Source: the human T2T-CHM13v2.0 reference genome, Homo sapiens
Direction: 5' to 3' (one strand)
Length of the DNA: 64,000 nucleotides
NCBI RefSeq assembly: GCF_009914755.1
Contig: NC_060927.1
Positions 31,454 through 46,266 of this stretch are shown here, one piece after another. Positions within the stretch are counted from its first letter, which is position 1. Each line of letters opens with the position of its first letter. The position numbers and the translations under genes are program-made. The notes beneath the pieces are model-generated. The model was not told where the DNA came from. It searched no databases and worked only from the letters and a program-made list of their open reading frames with translations.

Positions 31454-34018
31454 GAAGGGTTAATCTTTGAATATAATGTTCAATCTGGTTTGCTAAAATT
31501 TCCCTTAAGTTTTCTTACTGTATTCATGTGATCAGTTTGTATTTACTAAGTATTTACTATCTTGGTAGGTTTTGTTCATAGGACTATGCTAGACTAACAA
31601 AATAAGTTAAAAATATTTCACACTTTTAATGTTGTCAAATAGTTTACATAACACAAAATATTTATCTATTTCCTTAAAATTTGAGAAACAAAAATTACCA
31701 GTAAAATTATCTAGCCCTAAAATCCTTATTATTGGTGGAGGTGGAAAATTGATTTGCAAGTTTTCATAATAATGAATCTACCTAAGTAGACAATTTTAAT
31801 TTCATTTTTATTTTAAATTAATTAAATTTAAATTTTGATAATTTATATTTCTGCAGAAATGGTCCATTTAACTAGAATTTCATACATATGACCTGAATAT
31901 GGAATCTTTTGTGTTTTTACATTTCTTTTTTATCTCTTATATTCTTTTTCTAATGTCTAATTTTAGTTTTTCTTTTCTCTTTATTCTTCATTGGTATATT
32001 CTGTAGATTATCAATTGCTTTTTGATATTATATGAATTTTATTTGTTCTTTCTCCTTCATGTACATATGTTTTGTTATTTTTATTAACCAAATTTTGCAA
32101 AGATATAGAAAGAATAAAAAGGAGTGTGTATTTTTTATCTGTAGGATTATTTTTTTCATATATTTCTGTTACTTCAATTAATTACAGTATCAAAATAATC
32201 TGTCTAATATTTAGCAAATTGATCTACTGATAGTTGAAAGAAGGGCTCTCAAAGTCTACACAGTCTTATTTCTTACTAGTTCTTTGTTCTTGACCTGATA
32301 AGTTTTAATCATACATTATTTGAGGTATTATTTTATTTTCATGACAAAAGGAAATTTTTCCAAAAAAAATTTATCCTTTTTGCTTTTAAGGTTTGCCATG
32401 AATTATTCTTTGATGGAAATTAACATTTGTTGCACTCTCCTTCTGTTGTATTTACATAATAAATATTTGCATATATTTTCCTTTATGTCATTTCATTTAT
32501 AGCCTTGGTTTGTTTTAACTCTGCTGTTTTTATGGGCTTTAGTACAAGAAGTCACATGTTGCTTGTTTTGACTTATTCTTGTAAATTTAAGTCTACCTTA
32601 CAGGATTTCCACTGGGGATGGCTTTGGACTATTCATCTTCATAAATATTGTACTTGATAAATACAGCCCTTGGACATCAATCACACTTTAAGCAGGAACT
32701 GAGCCTTTATTTGCCTGGTTGAATAAATGATGAGTCAGGCAAATAACTACACATCAACAGTTTTGTGTATTACCCCCTTTTCCAGCTGGAATTGGGGAAT
32801 TCTTGTTTCTTTACCAGCAAATAACATTATGGGAAGAGTCATGCTTCAACGACGTGGGTTCAAGATAAATAATAATTCCTCTGGTCTGTTCCCCACTTTT
32901 GTGAATTTGTTTCTGGGTACATTCTCTTAATAGTTATTTCAAGTCAGCTGATGCTTTGAATTTGGACAAGATACAAAATGTATAATATAGTCCAACGGGG
33001 ATATGCTTAAAAACTCAGAATACCCCCAGAAGTTGTTTGGGGAATGAGTGCTTTCCTTTACATAAAATTGTTTACATAGTTATAAAGAGCTGCTGTTTTC
33101 AAAATTTTAGTCTTCACACACAAATAATTCTATGAAATAAATCAAGTCAAAGTGGCCACTTGTATTATCACACAAAGGATCAATTTCAAAGATATTCTTT
33201 TCTACCACTGAGAGCTGAAAAATACATCAAATCTCAAGCTCATGTGTAGCTGCTGTAACTAGAGTGAAATTGTGGCTTGTGGGAAATAAATCATATTGAA
33301 GTGAGCCATTTAAATGAATGGCAGATTGGTTGTCACTGCTCAAGTTTTTATTACTTCCAGTGACTTTTATCCACAAACATTCTAATTTATCATAGATCCA
33401 ATTCCACAAAGTGTTGGGAAAGCTGTACACCTTGGCTCTAGACAGTCTTTATTTCTAAAGTAACTGCACCACATAGGGTTTATCAAAGCATATATATTTA
33501 AACATCCTTACAATACAGGGTGAACTAGTGTGTTTACGTCCAAAAGTTTCTCTCTGTAGGGAGCCTCTGGCATATAATGCATGTAAGTCCAAAAGTTAGC
33601 TTACTGAGCAAGTCAAAATTATCCCTCAACATTTGTAAAATCATACTTAAATTACCAGGCCCTAGGTCTTCACATACCAGTCAACAGTGTTCTTTGGTTT
33701 CTCTTGAACTTTGGAATATTACCTCCCTTTTCCTATCGATGGATGCTAAGCTCTATTTAAAAGTAAGGAAACAAAGATGTTATACAGGGGTAAATAATGG
33801 AGTAAAATTCATTGCTTAAATATAGGTATGATAGAACACTACCATAAACATATAGCTAGGCCTGTATCTCTTCTTGTGATTCTGCATATGTGAAATAGTG
33901 TACACATTCTTATTTACATTCACACCATCATATATGAAGATATCTAGATACAGGCAAAAAAAGAGAGAAAACTGTGTTCCAGGAAGAGATCTCATGGCAG
34001 GAGAGAATGGGATAAATA

Positions 34019-35521
<1,503 letters not shown>

Positions 35522-37285
35522 TACTAAAAACTGATGTGAAAAGAGATCCGAAAATAAGACCAAAAAATTACGTGACTCACTCACCCATGGGCATCAACCA
35601 GCAAACAACAGCACCCAGAACTCTTGTGTATCTGAATACAAATCCACCTCTTCCGAAACTGAACCACATCGTGCCTATGATTGAACTTTTCTTGGCAAAC
35701 AGGAACTTATGTGGAAGTCTTTTCCTGCTGATTTAATGATACGACTTTTTGATTCGCCCCATGATCATGGACTGAAACCTACTCCTCCTTTGTGATGTGC
35801 CAATTTGTTTTAGACACTTAGTTTCATAAAGCTTTTCTGAATGTATTATTCCAATTGTGCAAAAATCTGTGACTGGTGTCATCATGCTCCTTTGGCACAA
35901 TTTCAAATCTATACAGTAGATCTGGTTTAAATTATTGGAGCTTTCTGAGCTTATGGATTTTTTCCAAAAGGCCTGTGTTTTTTAAAACAAATGAATGGCT
36001 GTTGACTACTTAGCATAGTTCCAATAATTGGCTGATTCAGTTCAAAGCTATGAGTTGTATTTTCTATAACCTGAACTACCCCTAACCTATTTTTAAAACA
36101 TAGTTCTTACTATCCACCTTTCTAGGCAACTTTCCCACTTATCAGCCTCCTTGTTCACATTTTGCTGCTTTTGGAAACGGGATATATCTATGAACCCACT
36201 GGGGAAAAAGGCAAGCAGACTATCTTTGTATTAATGTGCATGCTGCAATGAATACACAATCAGAGGACAAGACTTGTTACATGATTCCCTTCTCATGCAA
36301 CAGAAAACTGATTTACTTAATTGCCTGTGCTTAAGGGTAATGTCATCTTGTATGGCTTACTGTTTTATACTGATGGGAGAATATTAAGTTACTAATGGCA
36401 CAAAAAATTCTTAGGCCATGAACTAGCATGGTAGAGAAAGAACAGAATTGGCAAGCGGTAGCATTAATTTATGAAATTTCATGTTGCAGACACCTGACTT
36501 GTACAGAGATGACTTAATGCCTTCTTTAGAACCTATCAGTGCTATGTAAATCAAGATAGTTAAATTACATTATAAACTCGAATGTTTTTAACTCCAAGCT
36601 TTTCTGAAAGATAGCTGCAATCTGGCTCAGTCTTAGTGTTTCTTTGTAACTGTTTGATGCATATTACAGTCAAACTACTTTGGATTTTTCAGTCTTTCAT
36701 TACACATTTATTTAGCAGTAGCTAAGACAGAGGAACCGTATTGGATAAACTATTATCAACAGCTCACAATCCAGCTGAGAAATCAATCACAAACATAATT
36801 ATCTTCATTATAATGGCAAAGGTGACTAATGTTTCAAATGGAATTCTTCAATAATTAAAAGTAGTAGAAGAGCTGGATTAGAGAAGCCTTTCCCAGATTG
36901 GGTAAAGGGTCTTTATGAAAGTAACATTTTAGGCTTCTTCTTGAGGCCCAAGGAAGAAGAAATTGTTAACTTGTAAGACAGCCTGAGTATGGAGTAGAGA
37001 GCTAGCTCAGAATATGGCCTATGCCTTTTCCTATCATGACAGAAAAAAGCAGTGACAATTTAAAAATAAATAGACATTTACAACAATAGTAAAAGTAAAG
37101 CTAAAAGATTTTAGCAATTGGTGAAGTTCTCAAAGGCTGTGAATCAGTCAGAACAATTAGAAAAGCAGTAATTCCAAAACGGAATAAATGACAGAAAATA
37201 GAAAGGGTCCTAAAATTACACTTAATTGTAGTTAGGTATCTAAACGTCTCAATTTCTCTTTTCCTTTTAAAAACTTTCTTTTTTC

Positions 37286-37762
37286 TGTACTAGCTTCCTA
37301 AGGTTGCCGTAAGGCAGTACCAAAAACTTGGTGGCTTAACAGAAATGTATCCTCTCACAGTTCTGATGGCTGGAAGTCTGAAATCAAGGTGCTGGCAGAG
37401 CCAGGCTCCCTGCAAAATCTCTAAGGGGAAATTCTTCCTTGCCTCTTCCAGCTTCTGGTGGCTCCAGGCATTCCTTGGCTTGTGGCAGCACACCTCTGTT
37501 CTGGGCCTTCATCCTAATTGGTCCATCTCTCCTCTGTGTCTGTGCTTCACATGGCATTCTCCTCTTTGTGTGTCTATGTCCAAATGGCCTTCTTTTTATA
37601 AGGACAACAGTTATACTGAATAAGGGCCCATTTTAATCCAGGATGACCTCATCTTAATTTAACTAATGGCTTCCACGATAAGGCAATTTCCAAATAAGGT
37701 CACATTCTGAGGTATTGGACATTAAGAATATATTTTTGGGAGGACACAATTCAACTCAAAAC
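37286..37762 (-). mobile_element. MaLR solo LTR (MLT1B/C-like)
   Basis: cctctcacagttctg..ggctggaagtctgaaatcaaggtg..ccaaataaggtcacattctgagg. Confidence 0.8.
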
Positions 37763-38209
37763 GCCATCCTTTAAGTTGCATATGATTTTAATATGTTAAC
37801 ATGCCGATGTATACAAATACATACATTTAATAAGAAGTCTTTGTCAAATGAACACAGTTGAGTTGACCATCATATGGCTTTCTACTTTACTGAGGCCTGT
37901 ATGTGAAGTCCATAATTGACAAAACCAGACTTGACTGTCCACCATGGACCTCTTTACCAAAAGAATGAAGCTGTCCTTGAGTCAGTGCAAACAGTCCTAC
38001 AAGGGAAGCTAGCTTTGCAATTCCAGATTCATAAACATGCTGTGAGGCTTACCATTAGCCTGGGTGGCTCACCAGCATTAAGCCACTTCTTGACCATTCT
38101 CCTCAAAGTGACAATTTTTCCTTAAAATCTGTAAATCTTTCTAATGTGGAATCATCACAAAAGAAGAGACAGAATGGAAACATTAGAAAGCATTTGTGTT
38201 GTGGAAACA

Positions 38210-38420
38210 CACCGATCTGGACTTGAAGTTCCACCACTAACTAGCTGAGTGACTCTGGGCAAGTTGATAGACTTCCAGTCCTCAGTTTGTGCACCTCTAC
38301 AATGAAGCGTCTTACTGCTAATGTCTGGTGCAATTGTGAGGATTAACAGTGATGATGTACCCTGGCCTGACACATTAATTGGGATCAAGCACCTGGAGGA
38401 GACACTTAGTAAGTGCAGCT
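38210..38420 (+). mobile_element. MIR SINE
   Basis: ccactaactagctgagtgactctgggcaagtt..cctcagttt..gtgaggattaa. Confidence 0.7.
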
Positions 38421-38763
38421 TTCTCCCAGTTCATCACATATGTGTCATGTTGAAAACAAACACCCGTAAAAGAAAATCTTCGTTTCCATAAGATATTAAC
38501 AAAACAAAGTAATGAAAAGTAACATTTACTATAAATACAACATCCATCAATTGTAATTGTAATTATACATTGAAGTAAATGTGTTCAATTTCTGGTAATT
38601 ACAAAAATAAAATTAGATCAAAACAGAACTGAGAACCACTCAACCAAAACCACTTATTTAGAAAACATTTCTAGAGCATTGTCTATATGTCAGACAGTTT
38701 TCAGAAGCAATGTGCCAGAGACACATGCAATATAAAAAGTATGAGGAAAGTGCCACAACTTAC

Positions 38764-38939
38764 CCCACCAACTTTCTCAAAGTGAGATCCATCTTTCTTA
38801 AAATCTGCAAGGGCCCCATTGAAATACCAGGTAAAGATGATGTCTAACAGCGGGTCATGTTGTACCTGGCAGGGCAATATGACGCTTTCACCAACAGAAA
38901 CATCCATGTTAGATGGTGCCAAAGTTATTCTTGTTGGTT
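38764..38939 (-). CDS. CNTN3: Contactin-3 coding exon (176 nt), N-terminal half of Ig-like domain 6
   Basis: Acceptor caatag|AA, donor GGG|GTAAGT. Translates (E)[58 protein letters not shown] and ends in phase 0. Confidence 0.97.
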
Positions 38940-39479
38940 CTATTGGGGAAATAATTTTTCAGAAAAACAGCATTTTATTGTGATAAAAGACATTTGCACA
39001 GGCAGACTGTTCATCTAACTTATACTGTGTATGTCTGTAGATGCATATACATAAATATACATACATCTATATAATTAAAAGTATTCAACATTAAAAGAGG
39101 CATTTTGATGCAGAGCTACATTTCACTGGATCCACAAATTCTTGTTAAAGAAATTAGGATATTTGAACTTGTAGGACATGTAAGTTTAAAAATTAAAGTC
39201 GTGTAAACAACAGTTATATTATTATTAACAAAATCAATTTCAACTTAGTTTTATTGTTTTTTGAAATGTAGGGGTAGAAATAGAAAATACTGTGTTTTCA
39301 CCAACTTTGACTAGAAATTACATCACCATCAAAATCTAAACAGACATTTAATGGTAGCCTGGATTTGAAAGATATAATACAAAAGATGCTAGAATAGGTA
39401 CAAAAAGGAGGGGTACTATGTTAAAATGCTAATTAATGTCTGTTTTTCCCCAACGCAAATGTCCACATGCACATTTCTT

Positions 39480-40150
39480 TCTCCCTGTCATCACCACCTC
39501 CTTCCATTTGTCTATCATGAATTAAAATTCTCTTGACCCCATTTTCCCACTGCTACTCCACATTACTTTGCACTACGTTGGACCAAAGTCTTCAAAAGAG
39601 TCATTTATGCATGTTGTCTACAATTATGCTAGTCAATTCCCTCTTTAACTCAGTCTAGCCAGATTTTGGTCCTCCCAACCCCCGTCCTCACCAAGGTCCT
39701 CATAACCATCCTGCTGATATATCAAAAGGTATTTAACATCATGCACTTCTCTGCTCAAAACCTTGCAGCCACTCCACTTTTCAATCCAACTGAAATAATT
39801 CCTCAGGAGGTCTACAAACTGCTTGCATAATTATCACTAAGAAATCTGTTAACTGACACCTTCATGTCCATGAAATCTTTTTCCAAATGTCTCCTTCTCA
39901 GTGAGGTTTATTCTGATCATCCTGTTGCTAATGCTCTAACTTACCTCTGCCACTATGCACCTCTTTCTTGTTTACAATTTTTGCCTTCTAATAATTTTCT
40001 TCTTTCTTATTCCTACTGTTATTTTCTTTCTCCTTTTATAGAAGGTAAGATTCATGAGGACAGTATTAGTGACAATGTGCTCAAGGATACAGCCCAAGCA
40101 ACTGGCACAGAGTAGGTGCTCCAATTTTTTCATGAATGGATAAATGAATA
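39480..40150 (+). mobile_element. L2 LINE 3' fragments
   Basis: aaatgtctccttctcagtgagg..actggcacagagtaggtgctc..tgaatggataaatgaat (L2 3' end). Confidence 0.6.
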
Positions 40151-40559
40151 AAATATATCCACAACTTTAAGCAATTCTTATTTATATCCTGTTATTTCCT
40201 GGACTTGAACATCTCCAGAAAAAATCAACTATAATGAAAAAAACAAAGTGTATCCTAAAGACCTGACATAATAGAATTTTATTTAAAAAAAAATAGAATG
40301 AGATCATCAACATATGCTATTTGTAACTCTTATTGCCTATCAACCCAGCACAGTAACTAATGTGCTCCCTGGTGCACACTGTGCTGTGCTAAGGAAATAT
40401 TGTTCCCTTGACTTTCACCTGTTAAAAATAACATAAGTGCAAATACAGGTTCTACCTTCATAGTGTACTGAACATTGTGAAACACATAGTTACTTTCCTC
40501 ATAATAATACATCTTACAGTGAATCCGTATGTAAAGCAATATTTTAGAAATGGACCTAC

Positions 40560-40687
40560 CCGTAACAACCAAATGTGTTGTGCCATTTGCTTTCCCAAAC
40601 TGGTTTTCTGCCATGCAGGTGTAAGTTCCAGCATCAGCTTTAGTCACATTGGCTATTTTGAGTCCTCCATCGTTTAACAAAGAAATT
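40560..40687 (-). CDS. CNTN3: Contactin-3 coding exon (128 nt), C-terminal half of Ig-like domain 5
   Basis: Acceptor tttag|A at 40688-89, donor G|GTAGG at 40558-59. Translates ISLLNDGGLKIANVTKADAGTYTCMAENQFGKANGTTHLVVT (Ig DxGxYxC motif). Phase 1 joins the next exon as G+AA=Glu. Confidence 0.96.
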
Positions 40688-41436
40688 CTAAAGCAAAGAC
40701 AAATAAGATAAATAAATATATAATAGCCATTTTTTTTCCAAATGAATATACATATTTTTACAGAACATGTTGCCTTAAGCTAGTATTTTTAAGGCATGAT
40801 CAACCAGTCCTTAGCTTTTTGGGAATACAAAAAAAAAAAAAGAAAATTCACCCCTCACTCACATACATAAACACACGCACAGCATTGGATGACAAAAGAT
40901 GCTCCACCAATTTGAACTTTGTTCAGTATTTTTACTCAGCATTACTTATTACACCAAAGTTGAGAGGATGCACTTATCAAATAAGTGTCAAATGTTTTCC
41001 AAAAATATTAATATATGTTGTGGTAGATTATTCATGGAGTTAGCCTAATCAATTTTAAAGAAATGCAAAGTAGGCAGAACACTATGTCTCTTAAATTTGA
41101 AACAGTATATGAGAAACGAGAAGCTGCATGTCTTTTACTATGAACTAAGAGAGTCACATCGCCCCAATAAAAACTGTAATTTTCCAAAAGAACATTTGGG
41201 TGGTCCCCTGTGAGCTCATGAAAAGAGCCTAGGCAAATCCAATAAACCTTACCTTAGAGTTTCTTAGTATACACTTAGAGTACTCAAAGCTTTGGCATCT
41301 GACTAATTAATTAAGGAAATATAACTGAGTGCTTTACATACACTTAGCACTATAAGAGAACCTGGAATTATGGGGTGAGCAACACAAAAAGTCTCCACCT
41401 TCATGGAATAATATTCCAGTGAGTAGCATAGACAAC

Positions 41437-41796
41437 GTAGTACTCTGTTTTCATGCTGCTGCTAAAGATATACCCAAGACTGGGTAATTTATAACAAAAA
41501 GGAGATTTAACAGACTTGCAGTTCCACGTGGCTGGGGAGGCCTCACAATCATGGTAAAAGGTGAAATGCATGTCTTACATGGTGGCAGGCAAAGAGGAAA
41601 CGAGAACCAAGTGAAAGGGGTTCCCCTTATAAAACCATCAATTCTCATGAGACTTACTCACTACCACAAGAACAGTATGGGGAAACCGCCCCCGTGATTA
41701 AATCATGTCCCACCAGGTCCCTCCCACAACATGTGGGAATTATGGAAGCTACAATTTAAGATGAGATTTGGGTGGGGACACAGCCAAACCATATCA
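41437..41796 (-). mobile_element. THE1-type MaLR solo LTR
   Basis: Minus strand starts TGATATGGTTTGGCTGTGTCCCCACCCAAATCTCATCTT; 5-bp TSD ACAAC. Confidence 0.9.
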
Positions 41797-42402
41797 ACAA
41801 CAAATAAATAAGTAAAAGTAAGAAGTTCTGATTTTTGAGAAGTACTCAGAAGGAGATAGACAGGGTGATACAATAGAGAGTAATTACTTTAGGAGGAAGG
41901 GTTTCTAGGATAGGGTGCATCAGAAAAGCCTCTTAGAAGTGGTGTCATTTGAATTACGAAAAAAAAATGAGATGGGATTAACCTGTCATTAATCTGATCA
42001 CTGTATCTTTATTGCTCTAATTTGTCTACTCATAATTATGTTCTCTTTCTTTGAATTCCTAAAATAATTACTATCCACATAATGCATTTAACACTTGAGT
42101 GTCTTTATCTTTTATGGCTCCTATTTTTGACACATGAGTGAGTGAAAATGGATGGTAAACTTCTTAAAAATATTTGCAACCCCAGTATCAGCATGGCGTC
42201 ATATATGCCAACTATGGTAACTAAATGCCTCCAAATTCTGGGCCATTCAGTAGAATAAATAGGAAAAATACTGAGGACATTAGACTAGAATGAAGGATCT
42301 CAATCTGTAAAAATGTTTATTGCAAAATTTTTAGGTGTGTTTCAAAAATGTTACTACAAGGGTTTCTGTATAAAAATGTATAAGATAGATTTTGTTTTAT
42401 TT

Positions 42403-42560
42403 ATATATGCATATGTGTATGTGTGTATATATATACATATGTGTATACATATATGTGTATATACACATATATACACACGTGCACATATGTGTATACACAT
42501 ATGTGCGTATGTGTACACACGTGCGTGTGTGTGTGTGTATACACATATGTGTGTATATAT
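42403..42560. repeat. Alternating purine-pyrimidine (TA/TG/CA)n microsatellite
   Basis: Seen directly. Confidence 0.92.
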
Positions 42561-43199
42561 CTCTCTCCATATTTTTCTCCTCCAGTAGACTATAGGAGAC
42601 TGCCACCCATCACTTTATATATGTATTACTTTATAGTCCATTACTCACTTTCATTTGCATCCTGGTTACACTTCCTTCAGTGAGAAAATCATGGTGGAAT
42701 TAGAGCTAGCACACAGGTTCATGATCCTGGGTACAGCTATCTATTACGGTTTGTTATGCATATGATTTTTTTAAAACTGTGTTAAGGTATATTTAAAATA
42801 AAAAGGTTTGAGAGCAATGACCTAGAAAGCTCATCAGGGAACCATGGCACTGCATGCCAACTTGAGGAACAACAGAGAAAGGTCAAAAATTCCAAGAACT
42901 TTCCTAGGAATTAAAAACAAAACAAAACAAAAAGGGACATACCTGATTCTTCTCGTGGGACCCTGAAGGTTGTAATGCATTTTGTTGAGTGTGAAATGCC
43001 TCCCATAACTTTACTGGAAAAGATAATCAAATAACTTAAAAAAATCTCTTTATACCTTAGCCTATCTGACAACAAAGATTTTCCTAATGAGCATGTAATA
43101 ATAACTTAAAGAAGAAACCCTGCAGAGAAGTAAAAATAAATAAAAATTTAGGATATGGAGACTGGAAGTTTTAAGGAACATGGAGAAAAAACTTAGACA

Positions 43200-43770
43200 T
43201 GTCAATCTGATCACGTGATCCTGCCCTCCTCCCTCCAGCTGTCCAGGCAAACCTTGCTTAGAACCTCCTCTTTGGTGTCACATTGCCTGGGAGATACAGA
43301 CTATATCCTAAGCCTGAACCATATCCTCACATCAGGACCTCTGCCTCTCTCTAACTTCATATGACTTCATGAATTCTTTTCCTTGCTTGCTTTTCTCCAA
43401 TCACACAAGCCTTCTTTTAATGACTTTTTTGCTTCTTTTTGTCTCAGGGCCTTTATAAAAACTATTTCCTCTCTCTGGTTGACCTGTATTCATCCTTCAG
43501 ACTTTACTTACTTTCCTGAAACCATGAGTTAGATTCGATTTTCCTGTATTTGATCAAAACATTCTCTGTGCTTTCTTCATAGCACCCATCGAGTGTCCAA
43601 TTACATATTTGTGTTCTTATTTGACTAATATTTTTCTCCTCCAGTACACTGTAGGCTCTCTGGAGGAAAGGACAATATCTAGCTCACTCACCACTAAATT
43701 TTTAGACCCTTGAAAAGTGTCTGGTACAGAGTAGACATTCAAAAATAAAACTTGTTGAATGAGTAAATGA
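43200..43770 (+). mobile_element. L2 LINE 3' fragment
   Basis: tctcagggccttt..tattcatccttcag..gtgtctggtacagagtagacattcaaaaa..ttgttgaatgagtaaatg. Confidence 0.6.
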
Positions 43771-43922
43771 CGGTATGCCTTTAGAGAGTCACTGTAAAGG
43801 AGTTGGGGCTAGTGAAGCTGGGTTGCAAGGCACTGACACCTTATAAATAATAAGCAAATAGATTCAGAAAGTGTGCAGACTAATACAAACACACACACAT
43901 ATATGTGTGAACTAATTGGATA

Positions 43923-43923
43923 C

Positions 43924-43965
<42 letters not shown>

Positions 43966-44262
43966 CCAGCCCTCCATATCTGCGGTTTCTGCATCTGCAG
44001 ATTCTGTAGATTCAACCAACCATAGATAGAATATATTTTAAAATAAACAGATAATAACAATACAGCAATAAAAAAGTACAAGTGACAGAACAATATGGTA
44101 TAACAACTGTTTACACAGCACTTACATATTAGTAGGTATTGTAAGTAGAGACTATTTAAAGTATATGGGAGGATATGCATAGGTTGTATGCAAAAGCCAA
44201 GCTATTTTGTGTAAGGGCTTGAGCATCCATGGGGGTCTGGTGGATATCAAGGAAATACTATG
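43923..44262 (+). mobile_element. MER2 (Tigger-derived) DNA transposon
   Basis: TA|CAG..cagccctccatatctgcggtttctgcatc..gattcaaccaacc..gcttgagcatccatgg. Confidence 0.8.
43924..43965. repeat. (AGAT)10 tetranucleotide STR
   Basis: Perfect repeat seen directly. Confidence 0.97.
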
Positions 44263-46221
44263 TACACATATGTAGGTATGTTGTTTACATATATGTAGCA
44301 AAAAGATAAGGCAATAGAAGACTGAATAAAGAGAATTTAGAAATGCCTTTCCCAGGATAAGAGAACTGAGAATATGCTTGTACTTGTTAGAGAATAAGTA
44401 AACAGAGAGGGAGAGACTGAAGATAATGGGATGGAAAAAAAGAGTGAGAGAGGAAACTGTCAGAGAAGTCTTGGAGGAAAGAGAGAGCATGATTAAGAGC
44501 CATGCTCCCAACCCATCTGATCGCTAATCCCATCAGTAAAATTTTGGGGCCATGACACCCAAAGAGAATGACACTTGATTTATAGTGTTGCTCCGGAAAT
44601 TTTACCTATCATTGTTATTAAAAAGAAAATGCAGATGTGATGGAGAATTTTAATATGCAAAGACCAGAAGATGGCAGATTATATCAGAAGTTTGGGAAGA
44701 TACTTAAATAATAAGGCAAATTAATCTGCCCTAAATTATAGGTTAGAGATAGAATGGGAAGCTTCAAGAAGCTGGGGATCTACCACTTCTATGATTAGTA
44801 AGCCTTAAAACAAAGTAAAAATGCCTCTTGTTGACTGAACATTATTGAACTTAAATTGATATTTTCTGATTTGGAAACTACAAAACAGAGGTAGGTAATT
44901 TCAGGTATCTTCTATGCAATGAATTAGTGTAACAGCTAAGTTTCCACTACAAATACAGAAGTGCTAGGAATAGAGGAAGAACTACAAATCCTTTGGTGTA
45001 TTAGGTTTAGTAACTTTAATTAAGCAAACTTCAAGTCAAGCAAATCATGCCCATGTTGAAATGAGACAAAACCTAACACCTTCAGAATCACACAAAGACT
45101 TCAAAGCAAACATATTGACTCTCAAAGAATGCAAACTCTATGTATATTGTAAAAATTTGAACTACTTGGATATTTTCTTCCTAAATTGGTTCTTCCAGTA
45201 AGTTCTAAGAGGCCCACAGGGCATTTGCACAACATAAAAATAAACAATATTCAGTAAATGAATGGAGTAATTGTTTCTCAACAGAAAACCTTCAATAACC
45301 CACGCTTCCCTACAGAGATTCAAAGTGAAAATTTTATACCACTTCACTATAAACGAATTTGCTTTCTAAGCTTTCTGAGAACAGGTTTATCTGCAAATGC
45401 GTAGAGCTGAAAATGTAGATAACGATGAGTGACTCCTGTCTTGGCACAAAACGTTAAAAAACAATTTATGAAATTAACATTCAGTGCTCCAGTTTGCTTA
45501 GGGAAATGTGCAATTTAAATCACTGTGGCATTTTAACTCCTTGATCAGTTTTATAATATACTTTTATTTGTACCTTTTTATTGGTACTTCCTTTTGTAGT
45601 AGGAGGTTAATTATTTCACTTAACTTTGTGCAGTCTATGGTTAGTTTGGGATAAGTAAATGTAATTGCTCTAAGCTGCTCTAATGGCTCATGTTGTAATT
45701 ATAGTGATGGCATTAAATTTATGACTGTTAAAAAACTTTGTTTGTTCATAAAGTATACTGTTGTCTAGACAACATTGACCTGTACTTTATGATGACATTT
45801 AAGCATCTATAATAATGCAGTGTGTTTTAGAATGGAAAAAGTCTAAAGCATTACGGATGGCAAAGCAGGATTTCTGAAAATATTGTTTTTCCCTGCCTAT
45901 ATTCTTCTGATCATTACGGTAATTTATTCAACTTGAATTTTAACAAACACACTGCAACTCTACATTTTCTCAGGAAGCATATCTCAGTGGAGTTGCAATC
46001 ACATGAGATCGTAATGATTAAACTGCTGTGTAGAAAATAACAAGGCTCTTTTAGATGGTACTTTCTGAGTACATATTCTAAGAGATGGATGCTTACATTA
46101 CATGTAAGACAAAAGTACTCACAATGCATATATTACAGGATAAATAATGACAGTTAAGAAAAGCAAATATACATTGATGAAAATGTATGAGAAAATAAAC
46201 ATGAGAGAAAAAGACCATAGA

Positions 46222-46266
46222 GTATATGTTCTCATTTACAACTGTATATGTTCTCATTTACAACTG
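46222..46266. repeat. 22-bp perfect tandem duplication
   Basis: gtatatgttctcatttacaact x2. Confidence 0.95.

Noticed and set aside
42313-42683. Four overlapping ORFs rich in Y/I/H/C/V
   Set aside because: Translations of the (TA/CA/TG)n microsatellite.
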